Source of the DNA: Neodothiora populina
Taxonomy: Eukaryota
Reading direction: 5' to 3'
Length of the DNA: 64,000 nt
Assembly (NCBI RefSeq): GCF_041146345.1
Contig: NW_027191411.1
Coordinates: forward strand, 682,001-746,000
Shown piece after piece: positions 48,631 through 61,439 of the stretch (positions are counted from its first letter, which is position 1; each line of letters opens with the position of its first letter). A program made the translations under genes and the position numbers. The notes under the pieces were generated by a model that saw only the letters and a program-made list of their open reading frames with translations, made no database searches and was not told where the DNA came from.

Positions 48631-48749
48631 TGCATGGGCGTAAAGTATGCTGTATTGCGACCGGCCAAAGTTGATCCAAGAGTTGAACAACTGGTTGCGC
48701 AAGAACGCGATTATTTTATCAAGAGTGACACTAAGAATGATGACGATTA

Positions 48750-48995
48750 TCTGACTTTATTTATTTGCGGGATGATGCTTCGGAGACTCATCGTCTTTAG
48801 TCCCTGTCGTCTCCCGGAGCATATCAAATACAAGAGCCATCATCCTGATCCATGTACAATCATCTTGCGATACATTATTGGATGACGTTTGCCTGACTCT
48901 ATTCATCTGCGGGATGATGATTCGGATACTCATCGTCTTTGGAACGTATCACATCCACGAGCATATCAGAGACTAGAGCCATTGTTCTAACTTAT
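48750..48995. repeat. Diverged tandem duplication with 142-bp period
   Basis: TGCGGGATGATG at 48766 and 48908; ACTCATCGTCTTT and GAGCATATCA are also shared by both copies. Confidence 0.85.
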
Positions 48996-49742
48996 GTATC
49001 TTGTATGATTACCTGCAATCCATCACCCACAGCCATCAGTAGATGTCACTTGAACACATTCAGGCGGAGGCGGAGCACGTCTTCTTTGTTGGAACCTGAC
49101 ATTGTGTATATCATGCTTAGTGCTCTAGTGGATGCATCCGAGAGGATGATTCATCGCATAGCAAGCAACGCTTCATCCAAGTACGTGTCCATGGGGAAGA
49201 ATGTTTTGTGCTTGTAGGATCTCTACGCCATCCTTCCGGCTCAGGCTCGACATCGACCCTCTATTGCGGCTCATGGCTCACATATCGACCTGATCATGAT
49301 CCAGCTGTCCAACCCTGTCGATAGTATCCTTGGCTGGTGAGAGCTGTGCTCTATAAGTGCTCAGTGGTCCAATTATGACAGCAGCGTCGGCGCTGCATCA
49401 CGGCGAGCTGGGCGTCTTGCCCAGATACTTGTCTATCTCAAGTAGCTCAACCGATGCAGAATTTGCGTCCCCACCTGTACCAAGCTGCCCAGTTGAAGAC
49501 TAGTCGAGGCCAAGGTGATAGGAGCGGCGGCGCAGAATAGAGTATTCTCAATACACCTACCCTCATCATCCGAGAATGCGACTGGCCATCAACGACCGTA
49601 TCCACATTCAGGCCACCAGTCCTGGAGTTGGCAACTTCATGTTCCGTGTCGAGATAGGAGAAAGTATTCTTAACGACAACAGTTCCGCCAGATCTTCCAG
49701 AGATCAAAGAGAATCTTCGCTTATTCGCAGCGGCAAGATCTT

Positions 49743-50525
49743 TCAGTCTCCGCAGTCTGTACCCGACTGCTCTACCTCGAGGATAGAAAGCAGGATCATG
49801 TCGTTGTTAGCGGCCACTGCTCGAACCACGGTGCCAATCCCACATGGCGACTCTTCCCCATCGGCGAAAACCTCATAGGTGACAAAGTCAGCCTGTTGAA
49901 GCGATCCCTCGAGCAGTGCCTTTTCGGCCCATTTCCTTGCGGCATGTCTGTCAGAATATATTCCGTGTATGCGCGATGCGCGTTTGTATCCGTTGCGATC
50001 CTGTGAGTAGTGGATGATCTGCTGCATGGCATAAAACAATTTGCCGCACACTTGACCGTGCGCGTCTCCAATTAGGTCGTTCTCATTCGGTTCGGCATGT
50101 ATTGACAAAGTGAAGGTCTCGCCGTTGTGCGATTCCGCTTGTACATAAACATCGTCCCCATACTCCCGGACTTCTGTATTCGGGTACTTCTCCCTGATGT
50201 AGTGAGATCGAAATGTACTGGGAGGAAGATTGAGTGCTGAAAGAGCGGAGTTCCTTGCACAGATGAAGTCCGTGAAGGTACCTTGGACAGTGACCTGATA
50301 GATATGCGAAACTGGGTTATCCGCGATATGCTCCTTGATCAGTTTGACGTGGTAAATCTGCGAGTTCTTCCGCTGTATGTTCTGGCCTAGACATATATGA
50401 CATGCTTTTCTTGGTCTGTTTAGAAGTGGCAGACTCCTGGGTGCAAACAAAGGGTCGTCAGTGGAGAAATGCAAGAGCGTCAGAGCTGCAGATGCCCTTT
50501 GCAATTCTCGTGGTGGCTTCGCCAT
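49743..50525 (-). CDS. 260-aa uncharacterised fungal protein with two internal repeat units
   Basis: IYHVK...GTF...YGDDVYVQAESHNGETF, then LFYAMQ...GIY...CGIGTVVRAVAANND. Similar to 57127-58029. Confidence 0.7.
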   Translation of the reverse strand: MAKPPRELQRASAALTLLHFSTDDPLFAPRSLPLLNRPRKACHICLGQNIQRKNSQIYHVKLIKEHIADNPVSHIYQVTVQGTFTDFICARNSALSALNLPPSTFRSHYIREKYPNTEVREYGDDVYVQAESHNGETFTLSIHAEPNENDLIGDAHGQVCGKLFYAMQQIIHYSQDRNGYKRASRIHGIYSDRHAARKWAEKALLEGSLQQADFVTYEVFADGEESPCGIGTVVRAVAANNDMILLSILEVEQSGTDCGD

Positions 50526-51399
50526 AAGTGACGCTTTTTTGTTTTTGCGCTTTTAAAGTTTTGGAAACAAAACAGAATCAATCCCAGAAATGGCGGGGTG
50601 CGTGGCTCTTTTAATGATCACGCAACGAACAGAGGATGTTTCTCCGACGGGAATACTTGTAGATGATGGATGTGAGACTCGATCCATGGAATAGCATCGG
50701 CCGATGTCCCACATTGTAGGAGAGAAGTGACCGAGGTGTCTGAGATTGTTAAGCTCATCACGGGTTCTGGGGGTTTCTGGGTCACACTCTCATGCTCTCG
50801 CATTTGCGAGGCGAGGATCGGAAATTTCCCAACGGCCATGACGACCGGTCCCCCGAGTCATGGGTCTTCCTCCGGCTCTTGACATTAGCGCAACACGACC
50901 CGCCTGTCAAAACTTGCTTGGCATTGCGCGTGTCGACTCAGGCTAGGGCATTCTTCGAGCGACCATCGAGATAGATTGCTACGCTGGCTTGAGCTGAAAA
51001 TTCGAGAGTTTTTGCATTTCAGCACGCTCGGGCTCCGCAAAGTATCGAGATTAAGCGCAGTACCGCTGTTGGAGTACGACTTACAGCATGTCTGACGCTC
51101 TTACTGGCGGGACGTTGGAAGAGAATGTTCTACTGTAACTGACAAGGGTCTCGCAGTGGAGAAACCCTATCCCACGTGGCGTGTCAGCGGAAGTGGGTCA
51201 GCCCGCCGACAAGCCACGACGGAAGTCTATGACGAGCGGCAGTGCTGGAAACGCGCATGACTATCAACATTACAATTGTGGTTGCTAGGATAATATAATA
51301 TCGTAATCGATTAATGGGCAGTAGCCCTAGGTATCATTCAGCTGCATATCCGTGCCCTCCAGGCTATTTCCGCGGCGATACGGAGAGTCTGGTGTTCTT

Positions 51400-52614
51400 G
51401 GGGCAAGAAAGCAAGATGTCGTTCAACTGCTGCCATCAAGGCAGCATATATCAAAAGGTAAGGAAATACATCCAACAGACCAGAGCATGGCTCTGTAACC
51501 CCCAGCAGTAGACGTCATAACTCTAGCACTCACTCCCACAACTGCTTTCTCTGAAGAATCATAGTTCCAGCCTGCAGGCCAACGCAAACTCGATTCTCAT
51601 TTATCCAGAGCGTGTACCTGCCAAGGTTTCAGCCGAGCTCTGCAAGAGTCTTGCTATACACTAACCTGCCGGGTTCGGAGTCGGGCGCTGGTCCACCTTT
51701 CTGCAAGACCTGTATCGGCTCGGGGAGATTCTCTTCCGTGAACATTGCAACCTATCGTTCACAGATCAGTCGAGTGAGCTGATAACGGCCTGTTCGTATT
51801 GACCTTGATCGACTTACACGGGGATCAAATTGATATTCTTTCACGGTGACCAACTTCCTGCCTTCAAGGACGTTCCACCAGTATACGATGTCATCTTCAG
51901 GGATCGGTTTGAGCTGAAAGTCCGGCATATTGAATCGTTTTTAAATGCTTTGCGACAACTCGACTGGACGCTGGATATTGATTCGACTTATGTTATCGGA
52001 ATGCCCTAATGATCCTCATTAACGAAATCAATTCGGAACGATCTTTATCACGAGTAGTCAGACAACACTCGGTGCAATTGTGGGAACGAGAGTGTTGTCA
52101 TGGTCGGACTGTTATACAAAAGTAAGTCGTCACCTGTTGACAATCCTAGCCTCAGCCTCTGCTACAATACGAGTGAATATACCACTATACCTCCAAGGCC
52201 GAGCTTGTATGCTCAGCCGATGCCGTGACCACCCGTGGCAACGAATAGTGTCGTTGTCCAATCAAACATACCACCCGTGGCGCACAATTGCTTGTCCTAG
52301 ATAGTAATAGGTTGGTATATATACCTGTTGAGTCTCTGTACGACTGCCCGACCTTTTGCACACTCAGTCCAGTCTCTATCTTGAGAATAGTGCCAATCAA
52401 TCGATGGCACAGATTGACATTTGCAAGAGAAATCCTGCAAGAACGACCAAAATCAACTAACAGATCTTTCTCACATGCAATGGAAAGACGGCCTCGGCTA
52501 GACCAAATCGTCCTGCTTACATTGTCATCAGAGGAAATATCGAGGTACTTTACCCGCTTATGTCCCCTTGAGTATTGGTCAAGGGCTGTCACCGATGCAG
52601 CGCTCTCAACCTAG
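51400..52614 (+). pseudogene. Possible decayed gene remnant
   Basis: Protein-like fragments (IFFHGDQLPAFKDVPPVYDVIFRDRF; ORF 52288-52614) and GTAAG donor-like sites, interrupted by stops and frame changes. Confidence 0.2.
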
Positions 52615-53370
52615 CAAACCTAACGCCTAATTGGAATCATCCAGCTGGGCATCCCAATTCACCAAACAATCATGGCCTATCGAACACACCTACCTGACAC
52701 TCTTTGTGCAACGACCTAAAGTCACCAAGACCGTTCGTAAAGTACTATGCTTTACTCAGGCAGGTGCAGAGGGGGGTCCAGGGAACGTACCGCCCCTGAT
52801 GTCTGTCCCTCTTTTTACCCCGCAGGGTTCTACCCTCTTTGTCCCGCATGGTATCACCCCATAGCTTCAAGATCCGCATTGGAACGAGCGACATGCCTCT
52901 GGCCCCCCTTGGCCGTCATACCCGCGGATGGCAACGGTCGTACGAGTCACGATACGTAGGAAGAGGAGAGAAAGGTAGTTCCATTGCTTTGGTAAGTGGG
53001 GAAAGCTGTAGAGGCTTCCTCTGATCAGGTATGTTATATATATGTGTCTCGAAGGTCCTCGCTACAATATTTCGTGTTCCATCAATAGCAAAGTTTATTC
53101 TATCAAAACACTGTTGTAGCAATTTATCCTACTTAGCCTAGCTAGCTCTTCCCTAACGTCAAATACAACCCCTCACCATAACTCAAACAACACTTAGGAC
53201 GATCAATATCACAATGTCTTCGCCTTCAAATCACAGCACATCTCAGTCTGCCACAACTAGAGCGTACGCAGCACACGATTCCACATTCCATGTCTTCCTC
53301 AACCAAACATCGTGAATCTGTGATCGATGCATGGTAGATAAACGAAGAACCCCAACTAACATAATGACCC

Positions 53371-53961
53371 ATGTCCTTGACCACCAGTGATCCGAAACCA
53401 CTGATGACGAGTCCGTCAGACTCAACAACAACAGCAGACTGGCACAACGAAACAGCATCTGCACTCTTCACGTCCCCGACAGATGAGTCTCCAGATCCAA
53501 CAAAGCATATCCTCGGATCACAGGAGGCCAACGACAAACACAGCAACACGTACGGCGGCAGTGGCAGCGATGGTGATGGTATGAGAAATCCATCAAACGC
53601 CATCCAGAGACGCGCCTCGTGTCCCTATGACGGCACTTGCACGCATACGCTTACATCCGACAAGGCACCGACAAGCGCATGCGGCAAGGTCCAACGACAC
53701 GATAGCGGCGGCGCTGTCGACATGCAACCTCACCCATATAAGCAACATCATTACAGTCGGAGTTACAACGCAAGTCACCCGGCGGCGAACGCGGTCCAGG
53801 AAACAGTCGCTCAGGGTAGGCAGACGCGCAGGGATAGCTATGAGGATTTCAAGCGTGGGTGCTTCAGGGGTTGGCTGGGCGACGGCGAGGAGGAAAAGTG
53901 TCAGCCTTGGGGTTTCAGTAGTACGCATGCCAGCCGTAATGCGTCACCAACGCCCTTGTAG
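53371..53961 (+). CDS. 196-aa hypothetical low-complexity protein
   Basis: ATG-initiated ORF after an AT/C-rich promoter-like stretch; C-terminal block RRDSYEDFKRGCFRGWL. Confidence 0.4.
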   Translation: MSLTTSDPKPLMTSPSDSTTTADWHNETASALFTSPTDESPDPTKHILGSQEANDKHSNTYGGSGSDGDGMRNPSNAIQRRASCPYDGTCTHTLTSDKAPTSACGKVQRHDSGGAVDMQPHPYKQHHYSRSYNASHPAANAVQETVAQGRQTRRDSYEDFKRGCFRGWLGDGEEEKCQPWGFSSTHASRNASPTPL

Positions 53962-54260
53962 AGCGCAAGTGAGTGAGCAAAATTGGAGAGCATGAGATAG
54001 GCATGGCGATGCTTGATTCATGTTGTGAAACCTCCAGACTCTCTTGCTTGCTTGCTCTGAGGTCTAACGATTGTAACGATTATGTCATGGCGACGGAAGC
54101 ACCAAAAAGGTCTGCTTTCCTGGGTATCTTTGAATGTCAGTCAACAAATATTTCCTATGAATACATTGTACTATTATTCCAGATGTTCAGTGCCGTATAA
54201 GTCAAGGTGTCTATATACTCTCCACATATGACTTTGTGTATAGAGGAACATGATGATAGT

Positions 54261-56349
54261 CTAGATCTTATCAGCAGCTTCCTTTTGCGGCTTCTGGCTC
54301 GAGTACTGCGATCTCAGAAACTCCTCGACCTTGTGCGGTGCTGCATTGTCGACGGCGGGATCCGCTGCAGGTGCTTTGGGTTCCTCCTCCTTCGGCTCTG
54401 GCTCAGCCGCCGCATAGCCACCGAGACCAACAGCAGCGAGTGCACTAGAACCTACAGCGGCGGCTGTGCCAGCAGCTTGTCCGGCCATCGACTTCGCTTG
54501 ATCGAGATAACTGGGGGCCGGAGGCTCCTCGACGGGCAAGGGATGCTCCTTGGGCGCTTGACCGACAGTGTTGGGCTCCATGACGCCGTAAGTGTCGCCT
54601 TGGCTTCCTTGGATATGCGGGGTGCCCTCTGCCACATTGCCATGGGCATGGGTGTAGCCTTGCTGTTGATAGCGTGCTGTCGAGGTGCCATCACGGTCTG
54701 TGCTAGGTGAGAGTCCTGGATTACGTTCAGTGGTCTTGCTTGGTGCGGGATCTCTATACGGAAGTGTGGTTGATGCTGACCCCTTGGTATTGTCACTAGG
54801 TAAGACGGCGGCTCCGTCCTGGTAATTCAGGTAAGTACTTCCAGCTGCACCAGTTCCGGCTACGGCAGGACCTACACCTGATCCACTCGAACTAGACGCA
54901 CCGCTAGGGGGTCTACGAGGGCCATATCGCTCGAGGTGGGCTCTGGAGGATGGGTATTGACACCAGTTGTGGTACGGTATAGCTGATTTCCCTGGTGGCC
55001 TGCGCCGAGACCAGTTTGTGCGACTTCCTTGGCGGGTGTCAGTGTTGCAATCTTCCTGTCTCGGAGGTGCCCGTTCTCGGATCCCACAGCAACAGCTGCA
55101 AGATCACCATTTTCGTATCGCTGCCATCTGATAGGGCCTGTAGGGAAGGTGTTGTGACCGTGGAGCTTTTCAGGAGCGGACCACTTGAGCACTTGCTGAA
55201 TCTTTGGGTCAAGGTTCGGCAGATCACCGAATTTGTACTCGAGCTTACCGCCATACTGCTTAGGAATGTTCTCAGGGTCGATGTACTGCTCAAGGGTGGT
55301 TTTCATGTTCTCCTTGGATAGGATGAAAATTTTCGACTAGCAAACTGAGTCAGGTGGTTCTATGGTCCAAAAAGACGATTGACACTTACTACGGTGATAG
55401 GATCGAACCAGCGCTTGATCCATCCCCACACTGTCGGGAAGAATGAGGGAGCGCCGATGATGAAAATGCGGTCCAGCGTTTCGGGATAATGAGCGGTCGC
55501 AAGCTGACTGGCATCCTGCATATGATTCTTCAAGCTCCAGAATTGTCTCAGGCCGACATTTGAGATATCAACAATGTTGTTGGACTGCGAGACGGGGGTC
55601 TCGGGATATGGTCGATCCGGGAGCGAGGAGCAAAGCGGAAGAGCAAAGTTGACGAGATTCTCGTACAACGCAAACAGGCGGAGCATCTTTGGAGGAACCT
55701 TTGACGTCAAGTTGATCTGGCTCTTGGACGACGTTGAAGATTCATATGCAGCGACAGCTTTGCTGTTCAAGTGTGCAACCTCGAAGAGGTAGAGCGGAAT
55801 ACCTCGCCGGTCGAGTCTTCCAGTCCATTGAGGATACTAAGATAGCCCATTAATGCACCACCTCTAAATTGTGCTTTGCTTTCTTGGATAATGTCTTACT
55901 AATCTCCTTGATTGGTCGTACTCGGTGACGTCTATGGTATCATAGAGTTTGTCGATCTGATTCTCCTTGCGCCAATCTTCGGTGTCCTTGAACTGATGAA
56001 AGGCATCCTGGGGTACAAACTTGCGAGCGCGCAGGTATCGCCTTGTGAATGTCAGTAGTCTATCGAGGTATGGAGGTATTCCTCTTTGTCTAAACTTTCT
56101 CACAGCATAGTCTCATCATCGTGGCTAGGGAGTCCGTTCTTGCCTCTGGCCGTATAGTAGCCCTTGGACTCGCACAACTGCTTGAATGCCTCAAGCTGCT
56201 CTCGGTGCTGGGCGCTGAGATGACCAATATGAGTGTTCGGGTACTGGATCGTCACGTAAGCGTCTGTCGTACAGCTTGCGCATGTCGCGTAAGCACCATC
56301 GATGCCTTACCTGGTATGAATCCAGACGCTTGATATCCAAGTCCGACAT
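54261..56349 (-). CDS. CRAL-TRIO (Sec14-like) lipid-binding protein (apparent 1-nt frameshift at 54907-54911)
   Basis: HDDETMLRYLRARKF, YPQWTGR, ATAHYPETLDRIFII, WGWIKRWFDPIT, NIPKQYGG. Introns 56310-56244, 56103-56042, 55899-55837, 55389-55337. Confidence 0.9.
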
Positions 56350-57126
56350 CTTGGTCCTTATATCTAGATCTAAAGAAATATGAGCCACTGAACGATGAAG
56401 ATGCTAAGGTATGTTCTGTCGGTGCAGATAATGTTAATAATGTTGTCGCTTCAGGACGTGGAGAGTGAACAAATATGACCACATTGGAAGTCAAGCTGCT
56501 CCTTCTTCTTTCTTTGTCCGTTTCGCGACCCTTAAAACGTCATCGCAATCGATCGTCTTTACCCCCAAGATCAACACTGCCAAGCTACGGAGGTACCTTA
56601 CCCGTAGTATCCGAGAAGAGATCAGAAAGGCTCGACTGATGAAACAGGTTCGCCATCTTCATCTGCCTTACTTTATTCGTTACATGAATGCCGATGTATC
56701 CTTCGAGAAGCACTTCGAAAAGCGTAGTTCCAAAGAAGGACGGTGCCGATCGGACGAAATTTGACCTACTGAGCAGTACCTCGATCGCAATGATACTATC
56801 TCACTGCACCCCACTAGATCTCTCGAGTTGTCGCCAAACACATGTACATCAATGAGGGCTCGATCACCATTGCATTATCTTCTTGTAATCGATTGTAGGC
56901 ATACAGTACGTCCATCCACGAGTAATGTAAGATACAGTAGCTTATGCAGCACACATGACATGCTTACTCTACCTTGGGCTGACATCTTTACAAAACTCAG
57001 CGATAGGCTACTTCCTCCTCCTGTCTTTCCATGGTCATTAATTATGCAAGGTAAGATGAGGTAAGTTTGGTGACATAGAGTGTGTCTTTACAAAGTCAAT
57101 TTCTGTGCTGAAAACCATTACTCAAC

Positions 57127-58029
57127 TCATTCCTCCATCATCTCTGCACCGTCAGCGGCATCGGCATCAACCTCAGCGACCCTCCATGTCTTCAACAAAG
57201 CAATGAAGGTGTTACCACCGTCATTTTCTACCGCATGCACTAACACATTACTTCCCCATTGACACCTGAGCCCGCCATCTTCGAAGACATTATATTTCTT
57301 GTAGTTTTCAGCTTTCACGCCACGCGCAATTGACACATTACGTGCAGCCAATTTCGCCGATTCCCATGTGGTCCAAGAACTTACCACACTGCTAGCATAT
57401 TGCCAATACAGTTGTCCAACGGGAGTGAGCGACGATCGAGCATCTTCTCGCGCCATATTGACTTGCATGACGAAGAAAAGCGGCCAGTAGATCCTACCTT
57501 CTTCATTTCCTAGTGTGCCAACTTTGCCACTTTCGACCTCGATCTCAATGGTATAGACGTCGCCATTGGTCGCCTCAGCTCGAACGTGACAACCCAACCC
57601 CCACGCCCAGTGTTCCGGTGGAGTATCATCTTGACGCAGCGCCTTCATTGATGCGATCGATCCAGGAACGGCTGACAGCAGAGGAAGCTTATACGCGGCG
57701 TCCACGGCGCAAAAGTAATCTGTAAAACTGGCACAAATATCGAATTCGTATATGCCAGGGTTGAGTTCACAAGAACGCCGAGAGGCCGTACGTTTGATGT
57801 GGTAGATAGTGTCGCTCGCACGTACGACTTCGGGCTCTGGAGCATCTTCTTCATACGAGAGACTTGAGCATGGTGAAGGGTGTCTTGATGCTTCTTCGAC
57901 ATCTTCTGCTGCCGCAAGTGCGTCATTGGTGGCGTGAGAGTCACTGCAACTTGTACGTGTTGCATGTGCATTTGAAAACGGGGTCTCTACACCGAAAGTT
58001 CGAGGAATGACTCCGTCCATGATTCTCAT
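57127..58029 (-). CDS. About 300-aa uncharacterised fungal protein, paralogue of 49743-50525
   Basis: IYHIKRT...ASFTD...WGLGCHVRAEATNGDVY; LFFVMQ...WGSNVLVHAVENDG. Start uncertain. Confidence 0.7.
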   Translation of the reverse strand: MRIMDGVIPRTFGVETPFSNAHATRTSCSDSHATNDALAAAEDVEEASRHPSPCSSLSYEEDAPEPEVVRASDTIYHIKRTASRRSCELNPGIYEFDICASFTDYFCAVDAAYKLPLLSAVPGSIASMKALRQDDTPPEHWAWGLGCHVRAEATNGDVYTIEIEVESGKVGTLGNEEGRIYWPLFFVMQVNMAREDARSSLTPVGQLYWQYASSVVSSWTTWESAKLAARNVSIARGVKAENYKKYNVFEDGGLRCQWGSNVLVHAVENDGGNTFIALLKTWRVAEVDADAADGAEMMEE

Positions 58030-59256
58030 GCGCAGACGTGCAGGCGATGGAGAGTTCTTGTGGTCTACCTGATCAACAAAATGATTTAAAGGCACGCTTG
58101 GTCGCACTTGCCTTGGTAGGGTAAAAAATCTTGGGGAAAATCGAGATAGGTGCCCTCGATTGCAATCTATTGTCACACCGAAAAGTTTTTCAGCTTTTAC
58201 TCTTCCTCCTTCGTGAATGCAAACGACTTGACGAGCAAAGCATCCTCCAGGGCATACATGGCGCGATATATATCTCAAGTCGACTTCGTCGTACGCTCGC
58301 GTCACAAAGACGAGTCGAGTTCATACGTCCTGCACTCACAAACCTTCTTCTTTGACCATGAGACACGAAGTCTTCAATGATAGGTCGCAGTGACACCAGA
58401 CACCCACGCATCGGCCGTTATGACATGGTTAAGCTCCTGAAAGCTAAGCACGTGTAGCCATGATCCTGGTGAACAAGCCACTCGAATTCGATTGCCAGGT
58501 AACATAGGTATGGACAGAGCTTCAGCAGCAAGGCATGTCACCTAACCCTGTAAACTATGTACCCACTAGGAAGACGGCGTGAGACATCTAGCCATGCTGG
58601 GACTACACAAAGGTAATGCTGGCACGACATACACATGCATAGGTTACATTGCGCTACACATCTATGTGGATGAAATCCTGTGTTGTCAACACCATTCGAG
58701 AAGCTGTCAGCCTGGCCCGAGCGTGCATAATACATCGGTGCAACTTGACGCCAGAGAGTCATGGTCAACACTATCCATTCCGAATACCAGTATCCAAAAA
58801 AATAAAAAAATCGAGTCGTGAAAGCGGCGCAAGCCACATACTTTGTGTCTCCACAGTTCAGTGTCTCAAATGATGGAACCGCATGACTTTCCGTCCACTC
58901 AAAACGTCCGGCCAATGTTGCTCCGAGATCTGCTGAGTTAGGTTGTTACCTCCTCGAACGGGCATCTATTCTTGACGGCGACCGAGTCAGTATCAACACA
59001 GACGGCGACACAGACGTCCTCCCAGTACACCGCAACGGCTAGACATCGAAATTTCGGTCTGAATATGATCTCAATGGAGAAGCAGGTGACATTCGCTACG
59101 AACGCCACAGCAAATGACAGTAATATGAAGGTACAACATGAGGTTATCGAAGGGCAGAGGCACCCTGGGCAAATATTGCAAACAACCAGTCGCTCTTTCA
59201 ACGAATATTGCGCTGGCACCAAAAAATACAAGGAAGGGTCAAGTGGCTGGCCAAGT

Positions 59257-59930
59257 CTACCACGCGTCCTGATAGACTTGGATCATCTCGTTCGCCGTCG
59301 AGACGGGCTTGACACCTGACGCTCGGACTTCGTGCAACTTGCAGCTATACCCACAGCCTTTGGGACTGCGTGCTGGCTTGGATGATGCTGTCGTAGCATC
59401 CTGAATGGCTTGTTTGAGAAGAATATCTTGCTCTTCCTGGGGAGTTTCGGTAGTGCTGAGTCTACTAATGGCTCCAGGGGTGAACCACTTGTGATCAACA
59501 GAAGGCATGTACATGTCAATCTCTTCTATATCTGGTGGACATGACACAGCATCCCTTGCGCTGGAAGAATCGTTACTTGCTGTCATCTAGTCAGCTACTG
59601 GACCATCCGCGTTGCAAGTTTCAAGAGCATGGTGGCGGACGTACAAATTGATTGACTTCGGCGACGATGCTCGTCTTTGAGCATCCTCGAAGGCGAACAT
59701 CTTGATGGCATTCTTCGCCTCGACTGCTCTGTCTTTCGATGACGTTCTGGTTGCTGAGCTTGTGCATCTACGCCACGATGTTCCTCCCAAGAGGATGATA
59801 GACTGTCCTGATCATCCCATCCCTCGTCAAATCTCTTTGGCGTCGTTCGCTTTGGACAGTTTGCACACGATTTGCACTTCTTCTCTTCACGGATCTCGAC
59901 CTCCCCAGCTTTTGAAATGTATGCGTCCAT
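59257..59930 (-). pseudogene. Possible fragmented orphan gene
   Basis: ORFs 59587-59790 and 59257-59586 share a frame separated by one TAG; ORF 59595-59930 overlaps in another frame. Confidence 0.25.
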
Positions 59931-60175
59931 CAGGGTAAAAAGAGTATGGATAAAGTGTGCTCTGGACTTTTTTGCTATTATGAAAACCCTCGTGTCAAGG
60001 GTTCAGAAGTGCTATAAATTCGATGTCACAAAGTATAGCAGGCTGAGCGACTTGCTGATATACTTTCGCCATAATTAATCACTCCCGGCGTTTGCACATT
60101 GATGTTACTTGTGTTTGATGATGTGAGTGGATGAAGTCCCACCCTATCCGTCGAGGAACAGGTGATATGGCGAGG

Positions 60176-61439
60176 TCAAGGACCCTGTTGGACCCTGGCT
60201 CGAAGCCAAAAGTCTGGAGACAAAGTCAGAATCCGCCCACCCCAGTTCCGCCCTCCAACAATCAAGCTTTCTGCCTGTCTCTCTTGTGTGGGATATCGGC
60301 TGCGGCCCACGCAAGGATCATCAATATAGCCCTGATCTGGAATGACTTCGACACCTGATTGACAAGATCTAGAATCTTGCACGCCAATTGTCGACCGTTT
60401 GACAACGTACAGTGTCCGCTGACGAGATAAGAGATCAGGCCTCAACATGCTACGGCCCGTGTTCTGGGGAATGGTGCCGCCTCAATGAGCGAATACCCCT
60501 GTTGACACTCGACGCCGACGAACGCATGGATCAGTGTTTGGACGCAATTGTCACAGTGTTGACGAAGGTGGATGCAAGCCTCACGTGCGGTGAAAGCTGC
60601 CAAACACTGATCTACAGCGCTGCCTGCCATCGAGGCTGAATGCACATGCAAATATTTTGTCGGTCACCATTTGCATTTGACTCATGTCTTGTATGTTCCG
60701 TCATCATGGAATGTCTTCCGCTTTCAATTGGTCATTATCGTGATTATCTAGAAATTTTGTCTGCCCACTTGTCGACTTGTGGCCCAATCAGTAATTTGAA
60801 TGCCTGCCGTATCTCGTCCAATGTCATGCCAACCAATGACAATCGCTTTCCAATAAGCAAGCCTCGCCAGCTCATTAATCAGTCCGTCAGCACCCCCGTA
60901 GACCTTACCAGTACTTCACTCCTCATCTTCAAAGCCTGGAAGCAGATACGTCCGGGCACTGGAGAGAGGATGAGCCTGCATCATCTCTTGTGCCCACCGA
61001 ATTCTTCTATCTTCTTCCTCTTGACGAGACAGGGGATTTGCTTGCACGTGCCGCTCTGAGTCTCCGATGTGGATATGAATAAGGCGATTCGGAGATTGAC
61101 TGCGACTGTCTACTTCCAGCCGTACTGTATCATTGTATGAATCTACGACCCGCCCATCAGCTCATGCGCCAAGACGATTGACGAGTCCACGACACCTCTC
61201 AACCTACCTGGTCTTGTCGTCTTGGCTGTAGCTTCAGCGAATGAGGCGTCGAATATAGAAGGAGTCTGCACGCTCGCGCCCTCCACTTTGATGCCTGCTG
61301 GCCCTTGTGGCTCGCCAGGACTCGAAGTCGATACTGAAGGCGTACTTGGCGCAGATGAAGCCTCTGAGGGCCAGTTGTCGCTTGTTGCAGGCATGAAGGC
61401 GTAAGACAATAGAGGTACGTATTCAATATATGACCCCAT
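60176..61439 (-). pseudogene. Spliced orphan gene, truncated or decaying
   Basis: ATG 61439; intron 61207-61143 (GTAGGT...GCTGAT...TAG) joins to an exon ending at TGA 60918-60916. The same frame stays open for about 55 more codons, then fragments. Confidence 0.35.

Noticed and set aside
48736..48920. ATGATGA and CTGA motifs suggesting box C/D snoRNAs
   Set aside because: Spacing is too short or inconsistent, no rRNA guide was recognised, and the motifs are explained by the tandem duplication.
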